A DNA stretch of 64,000 nt from Pedobacter sp. Lineage in GTDB: Bacteria > Desulfobacterota > Desulfuromonadia > Desulfuromonadales > Syntrophotaleaceae. The translations under genes and the position numbers were made by a program. Positions within the stretch are counted from its first letter, which is position 1. The number at the start of each line of letters is the position of its first letter. Under the pieces are notes generated by a model, which was not told where the DNA came from, did not search any database, and was given only the letters and a program-made list of their open reading frames with translations. Positions 28,218-39,034 of the stretch are shown here, piece by piece. The stretch lies in assembly GCA_050253415.1 (NCBI GenBank), contig JBFWJC010000001.1:680679-744678 (forward strand), written 5' to 3'.

Positions 28218-30416
28218 ATGAATAACCGGGATCAATATAAATTTAAAGTCTATAGCGGTGGGCAGAAATCCGGACTGATAAAAACCGCTGCGCCATTTGA
28301 GCGGCGCGGTTCCCTCGACCGGGAACGGCTTGCACATGCCTTGAAACACGGCCGAGACTGGATGCTGTCTCTACAGGCCGAGGATGGCAACTGGGTATTT
28401 ACTCTGGAAGCGGATACGACCATTGCCTCCGAGTACATCATGTTACAGCGTTTTCTGGGTCGTCCTCTCTCCCCCGGGTTGCAACAGCGCATGGCCAATT
28501 ACCTGCTCAGCCGTCAGTTGCCGGATGGAAGCTGGGCCCTTTATGCCGGCGATGGTTTCGCCAATCTAAGCGCTACGGTCAAAGCTTATTTTGCACTCAA
28601 GCTTTTGGGGTATAAGCCTCAGAGTGAGCCATTGGTGCGGGCTCGGCAAATCATCCTGAGTCTTGGCGGCGCAGAGCGTTGCAATGTGTTCACCCGTATC
28701 GGCCTGGCGCTGTTCGGGCAAATTCCCTGGTATACCGCACCGGCCATGCCGGTTGAAATCATGCTTCTGCCGCGCTGGTTTTTCTTCCATCTGAGCAAAA
28801 TTTCCTATTGGGCACGTACCGTGGTGGTGCCCTTATTGATTCTCTACGCTCACCGACCGGTATGTCGACTGGAGCCTTGGGAAGGGGTTCCCGAGTTATT
28901 CGTGACGCAACCGGACAAGTTGGGTCATCTCGATGAATACAGACCCGGTAAATGGCGAAAAAATTTATTTATCCTGGTAGATCGCATCACCAAAAAGACC
29001 CTGCGGTTTATCCCCCGCCGCCTCCATGCACATGCCGTAACCAAGGCGGAAAAATGGACCCGCGAACATATGCAGGGCGCTGGCGGTGTCGGAGCTATTT
29101 TCCCGGCTATGGCCAATGCGGTGATGGCGTTGCGAACCCTGGGGTGTGCTCAAACGGATGCCGATTATCAGCGCGGCATCAAGGCACTTGACGAGCTGCT
29201 TATCGAGCGTTGCGACGTTTCTCCGCAAGAAGATACCCCTGTTTCGCCTTGCTGGTGTACCGGCGGGTCGGTAGCCCCGATACTTGATCCAAGCCCTGTT
29301 GGCAGTCAGGCAGCTGGGGGGGAGCAAGGCATGTGTCAACCTTGCGCCTCGCCGATATGGGATACCGGTCTGGCGCTTACCGGATTGCTCGAGGCGGGAC
29401 TCGATATCAAGCATCCGGCGGTTGATCGTGCGGTTCGCTGGCTGCTTGACCAGCAGGTCAGCATCAAAGGCGATTGGGCACAACGGGTCCCGGATCTTGA
29501 GCCGGGTGGCTGGGCTTTTCAATTTGAAAATGCGCTGTATCCCGATCTTGACGATACCAGCAAGGTGCTTATGTCCCTGATCCGTGCCGGAGCGCTGGAT
29601 AACCCGGCCTATCGCAGGGAAATGTCGAGGGCCATTAACTGGGTGATCGGCATGCAGAACTCCGACGGCGGGTGGGGAGCTTTCGATGTTGATAATAACT
29701 ATCTGTATCTCAATGATATTCCCTTCGCAGACCACGGTGCCTTGCTTGATCCCAGTACTGCCGATGTAACAGGCCGCTGCATTGAAATGCTTGGTATGAT
29801 TGGTTTTGGACCTGATTTTCCCCCCATTGCCAGAGGGGTAGAATATCTACGCCGCGAGCAGGAGAGTTTTGGCGGCTGGTATGGTCGATGGGGAGTGAAC
29901 TATATTTACGGCACCTGGTCGGCCCTGTCGGGTCTCAGCCAGGTTGGTGAGGATCTGCACTCTCCCGGCATCCGGCGGGCGGTGGCGTGGCTCGAATCGG
30001 TGCAGAATCCGGATGGCGGATGGGGAGAGACCTGCTATTCCTATGACGATCCCGGCTTGGCCGGTCGCGGCGCCAGTACGGCTTCTCAAACTGCCTGGGC
30101 GTTACTTGGACTGCTGGCGGTCAAAGAGGTGGACAACCTTGCGGTACGACGCGGTATTCAGTATCTGGTTGAGGAGCAGAACCGGGCCGGAGGGTGGGAT
30201 GAGCGCTATTTCACCGGAACCGGTTTTCCCCGGGTCTTTTATCTGCGCTATCACGGGTATAGCCAGTATTTTCCGCTTTGGGCTCTCGGCGTGTATGAGC
30301 GACTCAGTTCCGGCCATCCAAGCCTCCAGCAGAAGGTACGGCGGGCAGGTCCGGTCGGTCTGTTTTTGCCGGTCCTCGATCGGCATAAAAAATTGCGCCG
30401 TAAGCGTAAAAGTTAA
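28218..30416 (+). CDS. shc: Squalene-hopene cyclase
   Basis: YPDLDDT (DxDD), QW repeats (QLPDGSW, QNSDGGW, QNPDGGW), GRWGVNYIYG, FTGTGFPRVFYLRY. Confidence 0.96.
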   Translation: MNNRDQYKFKVYSGGQKSGLIKTAAPFERRGSLDRERLAHALKHGRDWMLSLQAEDGNWVFTLEADTTIASEYIMLQRFLGRPLSPGLQQRMANYLLSRQLPDGSWALYAGDGFANLSATVKAYFALKLLGYKPQSEPLVRARQIILSLGGAERCNVFTRIGLALFGQIPWYTAPAMPVEIMLLPRWFFFHLSKISYWARTVVVPLLILYAHRPVCRLEPWEGVPELFVTQPDKLGHLDEYRPGKWRKNLFILVDRITKKTLRFIPRRLHAHAVTKAEKWTREHMQGAGGVGAIFPAMANAVMALRTLGCAQTDADYQRGIKALDELLIERCDVSPQEDTPVSPCWCTGGSVAPILDPSPVGSQAAGGEQGMCQPCASPIWDTGLALTGLLEAGLDIKHPAVDRAVRWLLDQQVSIKGDWAQRVPDLEPGGWAFQFENALYPDLDDTSKVLMSLIRAGALDNPAYRREMSRAINWVIGMQNSDGGWGAFDVDNNYLYLNDIPFADHGALLDPSTADVTGRCIEMLGMIGFGPDFPPIARGVEYLRREQESFGGWYGRWGVNYIYGTWSALSGLSQVGEDLHSPGIRRAVAWLESVQNPDGGWGETCYSYDDPGLAGRGASTASQTAWALLGLLAVKEVDNLAVRRGIQYLVEEQNRAGGWDERYFTGTGFPRVFYLRYHGYSQYFPLWALGVYERLSSGHPSLQQKVRRAGPVGLFLPVLDRHKKLRRKRKS

Positions 30417-30443
30417 AAAAGGGGAGCCGCTGGCTCCCCTTTT
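30415..30443. terminator. Bidirectional terminator between shc and VOC gene
   Basis: AAAAAAGGGGAGCC-GCT-GGCTCCCCTTTT. Confidence 0.8.
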
Positions 30444-30481
30444 ATTTTCAGGCTGATTGTTTACGGGTTGTCCTCACTGTT

Positions 30482-30931
30482 TTACGGAGCCATGTTTTTG
30501 TCCTGCAATTCCTTTAGGGCCTGCTCGCTCTTGCTCAGCCCTGCCATCTGCATGCCCTTGAGGATGTGGTCTGCCTTGGTGAACTGGATGTTTGTGTACT
30601 CCACCACCTGGATGTGATTGCCCCAGGGATCGAGAAAGTCGAGTCCTCGGCTCGGTATGATTTGGGCTCCGAGTTTTTCAAGGGTAAGTCGGATCGGGTC
30701 GCGCTTGTCGACTACCAGTCCGAAGTGACGGTGGGTGTCGGGGGGCTGTGTCCGTCCTTCCGACAGGGCCAGAAACTGATCGCCCATATCAATGAACGCC
30801 ATTCCCGGGGCGCGTCCGCGCAAGGTAATATGAAAGATGCTGCCGTAAAACTCAAGGGCTGAATCGATGTCATCGACCTCCAGTGCGACATGATTGATCC
30901 CGACCATGGTGGCTTTGGGTGCTTGTGTCAT
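30482..30931 (-). CDS. VOC (glyoxalase/extradiol dioxygenase) family protein
   Basis: GINHVALEV, HFGLVVD, LDFLDPWGN. Confidence 0.85.
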   Translation of the reverse strand: MTQAPKATMVGINHVALEVDDIDSALEFYGSIFHITLRGRAPGMAFIDMGDQFLALSEGRTQPPDTHRHFGLVVDKRDPIRLTLEKLGAQIIPSRGLDFLDPWGNHIQVVEYTNIQFTKADHILKGMQMAGLSKSEQALKELQDKNMAP

Positions 30932-31195
30932 AACCGTTACTCCTTGTTGCAGGCTTTTGCGGGTTTTAACCTCGTCCTTCAAGCATACGGCAAAATGATG
31001 ACAATGCATTCACCGCGGAGGACGCTGAGAACGCAGAGACAGTTATTGATTTTCAGGCTCTCCCCTGCTTTTTCAGTTCTATGCGCAATGTGTGATCCGC
31101 ACTTTTCTATTATATCAACCTGTAGAAATGGTGACCCTGCTGATGAAATCCAAGGGGCGCAAACGGTGTAAAAGGCCAAGTTCGAACAGCGAATT

Positions 31196-31256
31196 AAAAA
31201 GGGCCGCATCTACCCGACTCGACCCATTGAAAGGTGCGCCGGGCGGATGCGGCCCT
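31196..31256 (-). terminator. Terminator after amt
   Basis: AAAAAGGGCCGCATC...GATGCGGCCCT inverted repeat. Confidence 0.65.
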
Positions 31257-31287
31257 CGTAGTTTATGATCGGGATGAACGTATCCGG

Positions 31288-32502
31288 TTATTTCACGTGC
31301 TCCTCGGGGTAAGCGTTGATGCTGTGGATTGAAAGGTCAGGTCCGGCAAATTCCTGCTCCTTCGTCAGGCGCATGCCAAATACTTTGCGGATTACACCGT
31401 AGATGACGAATCCATTGAGCAGGGCATAGAGGACGGCCAAAAGGCTTCCCCCCAGCTGCGACATGAAGGTGACGCCGCCCATTCCCCCGAACAGGGGGTA
31501 TCCAAAAATCCCTGCGGCGATGCCGCCCCAGGTACCAATGACACCGTGCAGGGGCCAGACGCCGAGTACGTCGTCAATCTTCAGTTTTTCCTGTTCCCAC
31601 TTGAAACCGTAGACAAAAATCAGCGAGCCAAAGCCACCCATGAAAAAAGCGGCCAGCGGATGCACGATATCCGATCCTGCGCAGATGGCGATCAGGCCGG
31701 CCAGCGCACCGTTATGCAGAAAGCCGGGGTCGTTGCGTCCCGCGACGAGGGCAAAAAGCACGCCGCCGACCAGTGCCATAAGCGAGTTGACAGCCACCAG
31801 CCCGGAAATGCCTGTGACCTGCTGGGCGCTCATGACATTGAATCCGAACCAGCCAACCGCCAGGATCCAGCTTCCCAGAGCCAAAAACGGGATATTGCTG
31901 ACGGGGATGGCATGACTGCGTCCATGGACATAACGTCCCTGGCGTGCTCCAAGCAGTAGAACGGCGGGTAAGGCAAGCCAGCCGCCCATGGAGTGAACCA
32001 CCACGCTGCCGGCAAAGTCATGAAAGGGGGCTCCGCCCAAAGAGGTGAAGAGTGATTGCAGCCAGCCGCTGTGTTGTCCCCATATGAGGGATTCAAACAG
32101 GGGGTAAGTGAGGCCAACGAAGATGGCACCTGCCAGGACTTGAGGATAGAAGCGGGCTCGCTCGGCAATGCCCCCGGAAATGATGGCGGGGATGCATGCG
32201 GCGAAGCAAAGCAGGAAAAAGAAACGTACCAGCTCAAATCCCTGGGTGTCGCCGAGCAGGGCTGCAGCCGGGTGCAGGAAATGGACGCCATAGGCAAGGG
32301 GATAGCCTATGAGAAAATAAATGATGGTAGATATGGCCCAGTCGGTGAGGATTTTTGAAAAAGCGTTGACTTGGCTTTTGGTGGTGACGGTGCCGACTTC
32401 CAGAAAAGCGAATCCGGCATGCATGGCAAATACCATGACCGCCCCAAGCATAAGAAAAAGCACATTGCTGCCGTTCAGCAGCCCGTTGACTGTTGCATCC
32501 AT
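31288..32502 (-). CDS. amt: Ammonium transporter (Amt family)
   Basis: HDFAGSVVVH and GVWPLHG twin-His, GWFGFN, IISGGIAER. Confidence 0.95.
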   Translation of the reverse strand: MDATVNGLLNGSNVLFLMLGAVMVFAMHAGFAFLEVGTVTTKSQVNAFSKILTDWAISTIIYFLIGYPLAYGVHFLHPAAALLGDTQGFELVRFFFLLCFAACIPAIISGGIAERARFYPQVLAGAIFVGLTYPLFESLIWGQHSGWLQSLFTSLGGAPFHDFAGSVVVHSMGGWLALPAVLLLGARQGRYVHGRSHAIPVSNIPFLALGSWILAVGWFGFNVMSAQQVTGISGLVAVNSLMALVGGVLFALVAGRNDPGFLHNGALAGLIAICAGSDIVHPLAAFFMGGFGSLIFVYGFKWEQEKLKIDDVLGVWPLHGVIGTWGGIAAGIFGYPLFGGMGGVTFMSQLGGSLLAVLYALLNGFVIYGVIRKVFGMRLTKEQEFAGPDLSIHSINAYPEEHVK

Positions 32503-32569
32503 GGTTTAAATCTCCCTTGATTTATAACTGAGTGGCGACGCTGCCACAATCGCAAAGCACCATTATCTG

Positions 32570-32584
32570 GCAACAGTTATGCCA
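32570..32584 (-). promoter_or_regulatory. sigma54 (RpoN) -24/-12 promoter for amt
   Basis: Minus strand TGGCAT-AACTG-TTGC with exact GG-N10-GC spacing, ~70 nt upstream of the ATG. Confidence 0.75.
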
Positions 32585-32822
32585 AAAAATAAATATGTTT
32601 GAATTCAGTAGCTTATGCAGGTTGCCGAGGTTTTATATGTAAAAATTGCCCAGAAAATATGCATTACTGCCTATAGTGTTGGCAGATTTCTAAAAAAACA
32701 CTGTGCGATGGGGTTAAATTGGAGGGGTCTTAGCCTTATTAAGGGTAAATCGGTGTTTTTGGGTGAAAATTTCATGAAAAGCGCAATTTTAGGCTGCATT
32801 GCTGAATAAAAATCAGGCAAAC

Positions 32823-32853
32823 AAAAAAGCCGCTTCATTTGGAAGCGGCTTTT
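32823..32853 (-). terminator. Terminator after sdhB
   Basis: AAAAAAGCCGCTTC...GAAGCGGCTTTT. Confidence 0.75.
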
Positions 32854-32900
32854 GAAATGTGTCGTGCCTGGCATATGCAGGTTTTAGAAAGGAAGGTGGG

Positions 32901-33659
32901 TTAATCCTTTTCTTTATAACCCTTGGGCAAAGCCATGACGTACTCGCGATTGAGTTGGGCAATGAATTTCACACTGATGCTCTTCGGACAAGCTGCTTCG
33001 CAGTCGTAATGGTTGCTGCAGTTGCCAAAGCCCTCATCAATCATGGCGTCGGTCATCGTGCAAACCCGTCGAGCGGCTTCGGCTCTGCCCTGGGGAAGCT
33101 TGGCCAATTGACCGACTTTGGCGGCCACAAAGAGCATGGCTGAACCATTGGGACAGGCTGCCACGCAGGCCCCGCAACCGATGCATTCGGCGGCGTCCAT
33201 AGCTGTTTCGGCATCGTCCTTCGGAATCAGGACGGCATTGGCGTCAGGCACCCCGCCGGTGCTGACCGAAACATAGCCGCCGGCCTGAATCAGCCGATCC
33301 ATGGCGCTGCGGTCCACGACAAGATCCCTGAGGACGGGGAACGCCCGCGATCGCCAAGGCTCGATGTAGATTTCATCGCCATCCCTGAACTGGCGCATGT
33401 GTAATTGGCAGACGGTGGTTCTGGCCTGGGGGCCGTGTGGGTCGCCATTGATAACCTGCGAGCAGGTGCCACAGATCCCCTCTCTGCAGTCGTGGTCAAA
33501 AGCGACAGGTTCGATGCCCTGTTTGATAAGTCCTTCGTTGACAACGTCCATCATTTCTAAAAAAGACATGTCCGGGCTGATGTCGGTTGCCTTGTAGGTT
33601 GCCAGTTTGCCTTTATCCTTGGGGCCTTTCTGCCGCCAGACGTGCAGTGTCAGGTCCAT
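32901..33659 (-). CDS. sdhB: Succinate dehydrogenase/fumarate reductase Fe-S subunit
   Basis: [36 protein letters not shown]. Confidence 0.93.
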   Translation of the reverse strand: MDLTLHVWRQKGPKDKGKLATYKATDISPDMSFLEMMDVVNEGLIKQGIEPVAFDHDCREGICGTCSQVINGDPHGPQARTTVCQLHMRQFRDGDEIYIEPWRSRAFPVLRDLVVDRSAMDRLIQAGGYVSVSTGGVPDANAVLIPKDDAETAMDAAECIGCGACVAACPNGSAMLFVAAKVGQLAKLPQGRAEAARRVCTMTDAMIDEGFGNCSNHYDCEAACPKSISVKFIAQLNREYVMALPKGYKEKD

Positions 33660-35572
33660 TATTTATAACTCCTTACAGCAAGTTCGATATTCTCGAAGCT
33701 CAGCGGTTCTTTGTGCAATTCGGGGGCCTGATCGGCACCCTTATATTGCCAGGCAGCGACATGGGCGAAGTCGGCATCGTTGCGTAGGGCTTCACCGTCT
33801 GGAGTCTGGTGTTCGATACGGAAATGCCCGCCGCATGATTCCTCGCGATTGAGAGCGTCGCGCGCCAGCAACTCGCCGAATTCGAGGAAGTCGGCTATCC
33901 TGCCGGCTTTTTCGAGTTCCTGGTTCAGCTGTTGGGCGCTGCCCGGAATGCGAACGTTCTGCCAGAATTCCTCGCGAAGTTCGGGGATGCGTTTGAGGGC
34001 CTCCGAAAGGCTGGATGCGCTGCGCGCCATTCCGACCTGCTCCCACATAATGTGACCGAGTTCGCGGTGAAACTCGCTGGCGGTCTTGCGGCCGTTGATG
34101 GATAGCAGTCGGTCGGTTTGCTGCGCCACCTGTCCGCGTGATTCCCTGAAGGCTTCGTGGCTGTCGCTAACCATGCCGGGAGTGGTGCGAGCCAGGTAGT
34201 CGGCGATGGTGTAGGGGATGACAAAATATCCGTCGGCCAATCCCTGCATGAGAGCGCTCGCCCCCAAGCGGTTGGCGCCATGGTCGGAAAAATTGGCTTC
34301 GCCGAGTACAAACAGGCCGTCTATGTTGCTCTGCAGGTTGTAGTCGACCCAAAGACCGCCCATGCTATAGTGGGGCGCCGGGTAAATGCGCATCGGTTGC
34401 CGGTAGGCATTTTCGTCGGTGATGCGCTCATACATTTCAAACAGGTTGCCGTACCGGGCACGGATTGCATCCTCGCCAAGGCGTACGATGGAATCACCGA
34501 AGTCAAGATATACGCCGCGTCCTCCGGGACCGATACCGTAACCGGCGTCACATACTTCCTTGGCGGCACGTGAGGCGATATCGCGTGGCGCCAGATTGCC
34601 GAAACTCGGATATTTGCGCTCAAGGTAGTAATCGCGTTCGTTTTCAGGGATATCCTGGGGGAGGCGTGAATCGCCCGCCTTTTTGGGGACCCAGATGCGC
34701 CCGTCGTTGCGCAGCGATTCAGACATCAGGGTCAGTTTGGACTGGTGGTCACCGCTGACAGGAATACACGTTGGATGGATCTGCGTGTAGCAGGGGTTGG
34801 CAAATAAGGCCCCTTTTCTGTGGGCACGCCAGGCAGCGGTTACGCTACAGCCCATGGCATTGGTTGACAGGTTGAAGACGTTGACATAGCCGCCGGTCGC
34901 GAGGATAACCGCATCGGCAGCATGGGAGCGGATTTCCCCTGTGGTCAGGTCGCGAACGGTGATGCCCTTGGCATGACCGTCTACCAGTACCAGATCAAGC
35001 ATTTCGGTGCGGGGGAAAATTTTTACGGACTCTGCAGCGATCTGACGTGACAGGGACTGGTAGGCGCCAAGCAGCAATTGCTGTCCGGTCTGGCCGCGGG
35101 CGAAGAAAGTGCGGGAAACCTGAGCGCCGCCAAAAGAGCGATTTTCAAGATAGCCGGCATAGTCGCGGGCAAAAGGAACGCCCTGGGCCACGCATTGATC
35201 GATGATGGCGTTGCTGATTTGGGCTAGTCGGTAGACGTTGGCTTCGCGGGCACGGAAGTCGCCACCCTTGATGGTGTCGTAGAACAGCCGGTAGATGCTG
35301 TCGCCATCGTTCGGATAGTTTTTTGCCGCGTTGATGCCGCCCTGCGCTGCGATGGAATGGGCGCGGCGAGGGCTATCCTGGTAGCAGAAGGCTTCCACTC
35401 TGTAGCCGAGCTCGCCAAGGGTCGCTGCTGCTGAGGCCCCGGCCAGGCCGGTGCCAACGACGATAATTTTAAATTTGCGTTTATTGGCAGGATTAACCAG
35501 TTTGAGAGCCTGGCGATGATTGTCCCATTTGTCCGCCAGGGGTCCGGTTGGGCATTTGCCGTCGAGTATCAC
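33659..35572 (-). CDS. sdhA: Succinate dehydrogenase/fumarate reductase flavoprotein subunit
   Basis: [15 protein letters not shown] (FAD-His), QIHPT, HYSMGG, HGANRLG. Confidence 0.94.
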   Translation of the reverse strand: MILDGKCPTGPLADKWDNHRQALKLVNPANKRKFKIIVVGTGLAGASAAATLGELGYRVEAFCYQDSPRRAHSIAAQGGINAAKNYPNDGDSIYRLFYDTIKGGDFRAREANVYRLAQISNAIIDQCVAQGVPFARDYAGYLENRSFGGAQVSRTFFARGQTGQQLLLGAYQSLSRQIAAESVKIFPRTEMLDLVLVDGHAKGITVRDLTTGEIRSHAADAVILATGGYVNVFNLSTNAMGCSVTAAWRAHRKGALFANPCYTQIHPTCIPVSGDHQSKLTLMSESLRNDGRIWVPKKAGDSRLPQDIPENERDYYLERKYPSFGNLAPRDIASRAAKEVCDAGYGIGPGGRGVYLDFGDSIVRLGEDAIRARYGNLFEMYERITDENAYRQPMRIYPAPHYSMGGLWVDYNLQSNIDGLFVLGEANFSDHGANRLGASALMQGLADGYFVIPYTIADYLARTTPGMVSDSHEAFRESRGQVAQQTDRLLSINGRKTASEFHRELGHIMWEQVGMARSASSLSEALKRIPELREEFWQNVRIPGSAQQLNQELEKAGRIADFLEFGELLARDALNREESCGGHFRIEHQTPDGEALRNDADFAHVAAWQYKGADQAPELHKEPLSFENIELAVRSYK

Positions 35573-35582
35573 AGTAAACTCC

Positions 35583-36254
35583 CTACTTTATTACAAGGCC
35601 AAAAAAAATCAGTACCGGAATGGATACGAAGCCTGCTGCCAGCATGATCGCGACAGCGCGGCTAAGTCGTCCCAGCCAGGGCAATGTGACTTCATTGTTG
35701 AGGCCCGAAGTCTGAAACAGGCTGGCGAAACCGTGGCTGATATGAAAAAACAGAACAGTCATGGCAACCACGTACGCCAGTGCGTAACCGGCTTGGCTGA
35801 AGCTGTCGACGATCATCCGGAAAACATTGGGCAGGTTACCATCCAGCATTTCGATTTGCGGACCTATGGTACGGAAAGTAAAATGCAAGAGATGGAAGCC
35901 GATGAATGCAGCCAGCAGTAGTCCGCTGTAAATCATGGTGCGGCCTGCAAGGCTGCTGCGCGGGTGTTTTTTCCGTTTATAGGCCACCGGGCGGGCGTTG
36001 CGATTTTCAAGCGTCAGGGTGATGCCGAAAAAAACATGCAGGGCTACGGCGCCGAGCAGGCCAAGGCGAAAGACCCATAATAGCGGCTCAAGTTGGTGCA
36101 AATGTCTTGCGTAGGCATTAATACCGTCGGCGCCGAGGTAGATGGAAAGGTTGCCGAGCAGGTGGGCAACAACAAAGCCAAACAGAATGAAACCTGTGGC
36201 CATCATAAATAGTTTGCGCCCTACGGCACTGCGAATAAGATGTTTCAAAGGCAT
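35583..36254 (-). CDS. sdhC: Succinate dehydrogenase/fumarate reductase cytochrome b subunit
   Basis: Five TM helices with heme His (AHLLGN, LHV, FHLLHF, FHISHG); first gene of the CAB operon. Confidence 0.9.
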   Translation of the reverse strand: MPLKHLIRSAVGRKLFMMATGFILFGFVVAHLLGNLSIYLGADGINAYARHLHQLEPLLWVFRLGLLGAVALHVFFGITLTLENRNARPVAYKRKKHPRSSLAGRTMIYSGLLLAAFIGFHLLHFTFRTIGPQIEMLDGNLPNVFRMIVDSFSQAGYALAYVVAMTVLFFHISHGFASLFQTSGLNNEVTLPWLGRLSRAVAIMLAAGFVSIPVLIFFGLVIK

Positions 36255-36830
36255 GGTGCAGATATCCTCTGATAGCGGGTTGAGCTGGAATGAACAGCTA
36301 TAACAAAAGCCCCCCCTCGTATATTTGACGCAGCGTAACCCGGAAAACCATTTTTTGTTGGCAGGGTGGTCGGTATGCCCTTTTCCGGGTACGCAGGAGT
36401 TGCATGTCCGGATTTCTGCCTGCCGGTTGCGAGGATCAAACCCGGAATGCAGGATGGTTTGAGCGCAACAGATTTAAAAACAGTGTCCTGGGTTTTTGGG
36501 GGAGCCGAGACGAAAGACACCAGTCTTGGTTCAAGTGTTCGTGGGATGCAACCAGTCGAAGCACTGGAACTTTTATGCTGATGAGGCAGTCTGTATACTA
36601 ATGGTCTTGGGTTTAAAATGCAAAAAAAATTATTAGGCCTGCTCTCGCCCTGTGTTTAAGTCCATTTTGGGCGACATAAATTTAATTATGAGGACTCTTC
36701 GGCTTATATTGAAAGGATGTGTAATTTTAAAAAATCTGTGCTAGTATGTCCGACTTGAATTAAGAATAACCCGACATAATGAGAAAAAACACACGTCGGG
36801 GAGGGAACGGGTGTTTGTTCCTGTTTTGGG

Positions 36831-37697
36831 GTGACAATCAACGGCTATGGCAACCGGGCCGCTGTTTTCTTGGGGGATTGTGCCGGTATGATGTGGATGG
36901 TCCATGGTGTTGGACGACTTTTTCAAAAATTGGGCGGAGATTTCCTGCTTTATCTGGAACAAGCCGGGCGTATGGGGATCTTTTTGGCGGCCTGCCTGTT
37001 TAGCGTAGTCCGTCCTCCATTCAAGCTCGGTCCAATCATCCGACAGATGCATTTTATTGGTTCACGATCCACTTTCGTTATCCTGTTCACCGGCTCATTC
37101 ACCGGTATGGTACTTGCCTTGCAAGGCTATTATACGCTACGCAAGTTCGGTTCGGAGGGATTACTCGGGGCAGCGGTAGCGCTAAGCCTGCTGCGGGAGC
37201 TCGGACCGGTTATCGCGGCCCTGATGGTGGTTGGTCGCGCCGGTTCGGCTATTTGTGCCGAGGTAGGCATCATGCGTAATTCGGAGCAGATTGACGCTCT
37301 CGAGTGCATGGCCATTGATCCATATAAATATCTCATGGCCCCCAAATTCGTTGCGGGGATTTTGTCCATGCCACTTCTGACGGCTATTTTCGATATGGCC
37401 GGCATTGTCGGCGGATACCTGGTTGGCGTTACCATGCTGGGTGTTAATAAAGGTGCTTATTTCCAACAGATGTATGCCAGTGTGGTCTGGAACGATGTAG
37501 AAATGGGATTGGTCAAATCTCTGGTTTTTGGACTGCTGATTATCTGGATAAGTGCTTGCAAAGGTTATTTTTTGCACCTTGAACGTTCCGGAGGTTTCGG
37601 TGCGGAAGGCGTAAGCCGGGTTACTACCGATGCGGTTGTTTTGTCGTCTGTAGCGATTTTGGTCTGGGATTATTTGTTAAGCGCCATCATGTTGTAA
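36831..37697 (+). CDS. mlaE: MlaE family lipid ABC permease
   Basis: LRELGPV..AL...GRAGSA..AEVG.M..SEQIDAL; start approximate. Confidence 0.92.
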   Translation: MTINGYGNRAAVFLGDCAGMMWMVHGVGRLFQKLGGDFLLYLEQAGRMGIFLAACLFSVVRPPFKLGPIIRQMHFIGSRSTFVILFTGSFTGMVLALQGYYTLRKFGSEGLLGAAVALSLLRELGPVIAALMVVGRAGSAICAEVGIMRNSEQIDALECMAIDPYKYLMAPKFVAGILSMPLLTAIFDMAGIVGGYLVGVTMLGVNKGAYFQQMYASVVWNDVEMGLVKSLVFGLLIIWISACKGYFLHLERSGGFGAEGVSRVTTDAVVLSSVAILVWDYLLSAIML

Positions 37698-37782
37698 TCC
37701 TGCCGGCAGGATTCTTCGTCTAAAAAAGTTGTGCGGCTGTCGGTGGCTGCGCAGAAGACGCCTGAATTGTAGAGGCGATTCC

Positions 37783-38583
37783 ATGACGCAAGAAAACTCT
37801 AAAATTGCCATAGAATTGGTTGACGTCGAGCGTTCCTTCGGCCAACAACAGGTCCTTAAAAAGGTTAACCTGGTGGTACGCGAAGGGACCACGACCGTTA
37901 TAGTGGGGCCCAGTGGGCAGGGGAAAAGTGTTATCCTAAAGCATATGTTGGGTTTACTTAAACCCGATGCGGGCAAAGTTCTCGTGTATGGGCAGGATAT
38001 GGCCAGCATGAGCAAGAGGCAGATGAAGGAGGTCCGCAAGGATTTCGGCGTTCTGTTCCAGAATGTCGCCTTATTTGACTCCATGACCGTATTCGACAAT
38101 GTCGCTTTGCCTCTACGTGAACGTACCGATACCAGCGAGGCCGAGATTCGTGATAATGTCGATGAAAAACTGGCACTTATGGATCTTGCGGATATGGGTG
38201 CCAAGTATCCCGCTCAACTCAGCGGTGGCATGAAAAAACGTGTCGGGTTGGCGCGGGCACTCGTCATGAAGCCCCGTATCGTATTTTTTGACGAGCCCAC
38301 TACCGGCCTGGATGTCAGCAAAAGCAACGAAATTTACAGGCTGTTTCATAAGACTCAGGCAAAACTGAAATATTCGGCTGTTATCGTCAGTCACGACGTG
38401 CCTAAAATTTTCAAACTGGCCGATTACGTAGCCCTCATTCATGAGGGCAAGATTCTCGGCAACATGTCTCCTGAGCAGTTCCAGCTTTCCGAGAATCCTG
38501 TTATTAGGGCCTTTGTCGAAGAGACTATGGGGCCGATCTATTCCAGTGAAAGGGAGGAGCGGTTTTTTTATGAAAAGGTTTAA
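37783..38583 (+). CDS. mlaF: MlaF family ABC ATP-binding protein
   Basis: GPSGQGKS, LFDSMTVFDNVA, LSGGMKKRVGLARA, FDEPTTGLD. Confidence 0.92.
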   Translation: MTQENSKIAIELVDVERSFGQQQVLKKVNLVVREGTTTVIVGPSGQGKSVILKHMLGLLKPDAGKVLVYGQDMASMSKRQMKEVRKDFGVLFQNVALFDSMTVFDNVALPLRERTDTSEAEIRDNVDEKLALMDLADMGAKYPAQLSGGMKKRVGLARALVMKPRIVFFDEPTTGLDVSKSNEIYRLFHKTQAKLKYSAVIVSHDVPKIFKLADYVALIHEGKILGNMSPEQFQLSENPVIRAFVEETMGPIYSSEREERFFYEKV

Positions 38584-39016
38584 CGTTGAGATGGCTGTCG
38601 GAGTTTTCCTGGTGGCTGGTTTCATCTGTTTCGCCTATCTTTCCGTGAAACTTGGCGACGTTAATCTGTTTGGAGATAAGACTTATCTCGTCAAGGCCCG
38701 CTTCGGGTCCGTTTCCGGACTCAAGGAAGGCGCTATTGTAGAGTTGGCCGGTGTTAAAATCGGAACGGTATCACGCGTCACTCTCGACCCCGAAAAATAC
38801 GAAGCCGTGGTGGGGATGGATATCGACGCGGCGGTTAAGCTCCAGGAAGACAGCATCGCTTCCATCCGTACCTCTGGTATTATTGGTGATAAATACGTCG
38901 ATGTCTCACCCGGCGGGCTTGAGGATTATATTCCTCCCGGTGGCGAGATTTATGAAACCGAGTCTGCAGTGAACATCGAAAAACTCATCAGCAAATATAT
39001 CTTTGAGAAAAAGTAA
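38570..39016 (+). CDS. mlaD: MlaD (MCE domain) protein
   Basis: E..VG.F, GLKEGA.V..AGVKIG, SIRTSGIIGDKY. Confidence 0.93.
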   Translation: MKRFNVEMAVGVFLVAGFICFAYLSVKLGDVNLFGDKTYLVKARFGSVSGLKEGAIVELAGVKIGTVSRVTLDPEKYEAVVGMDIDAAVKLQEDSIASIRTSGIIGDKYVDVSPGGLEDYIPPGGEIYETESAVNIEKLISKYIFEKK

Positions 39017-39034
39017 AAACGGAAGGGTGATTTC

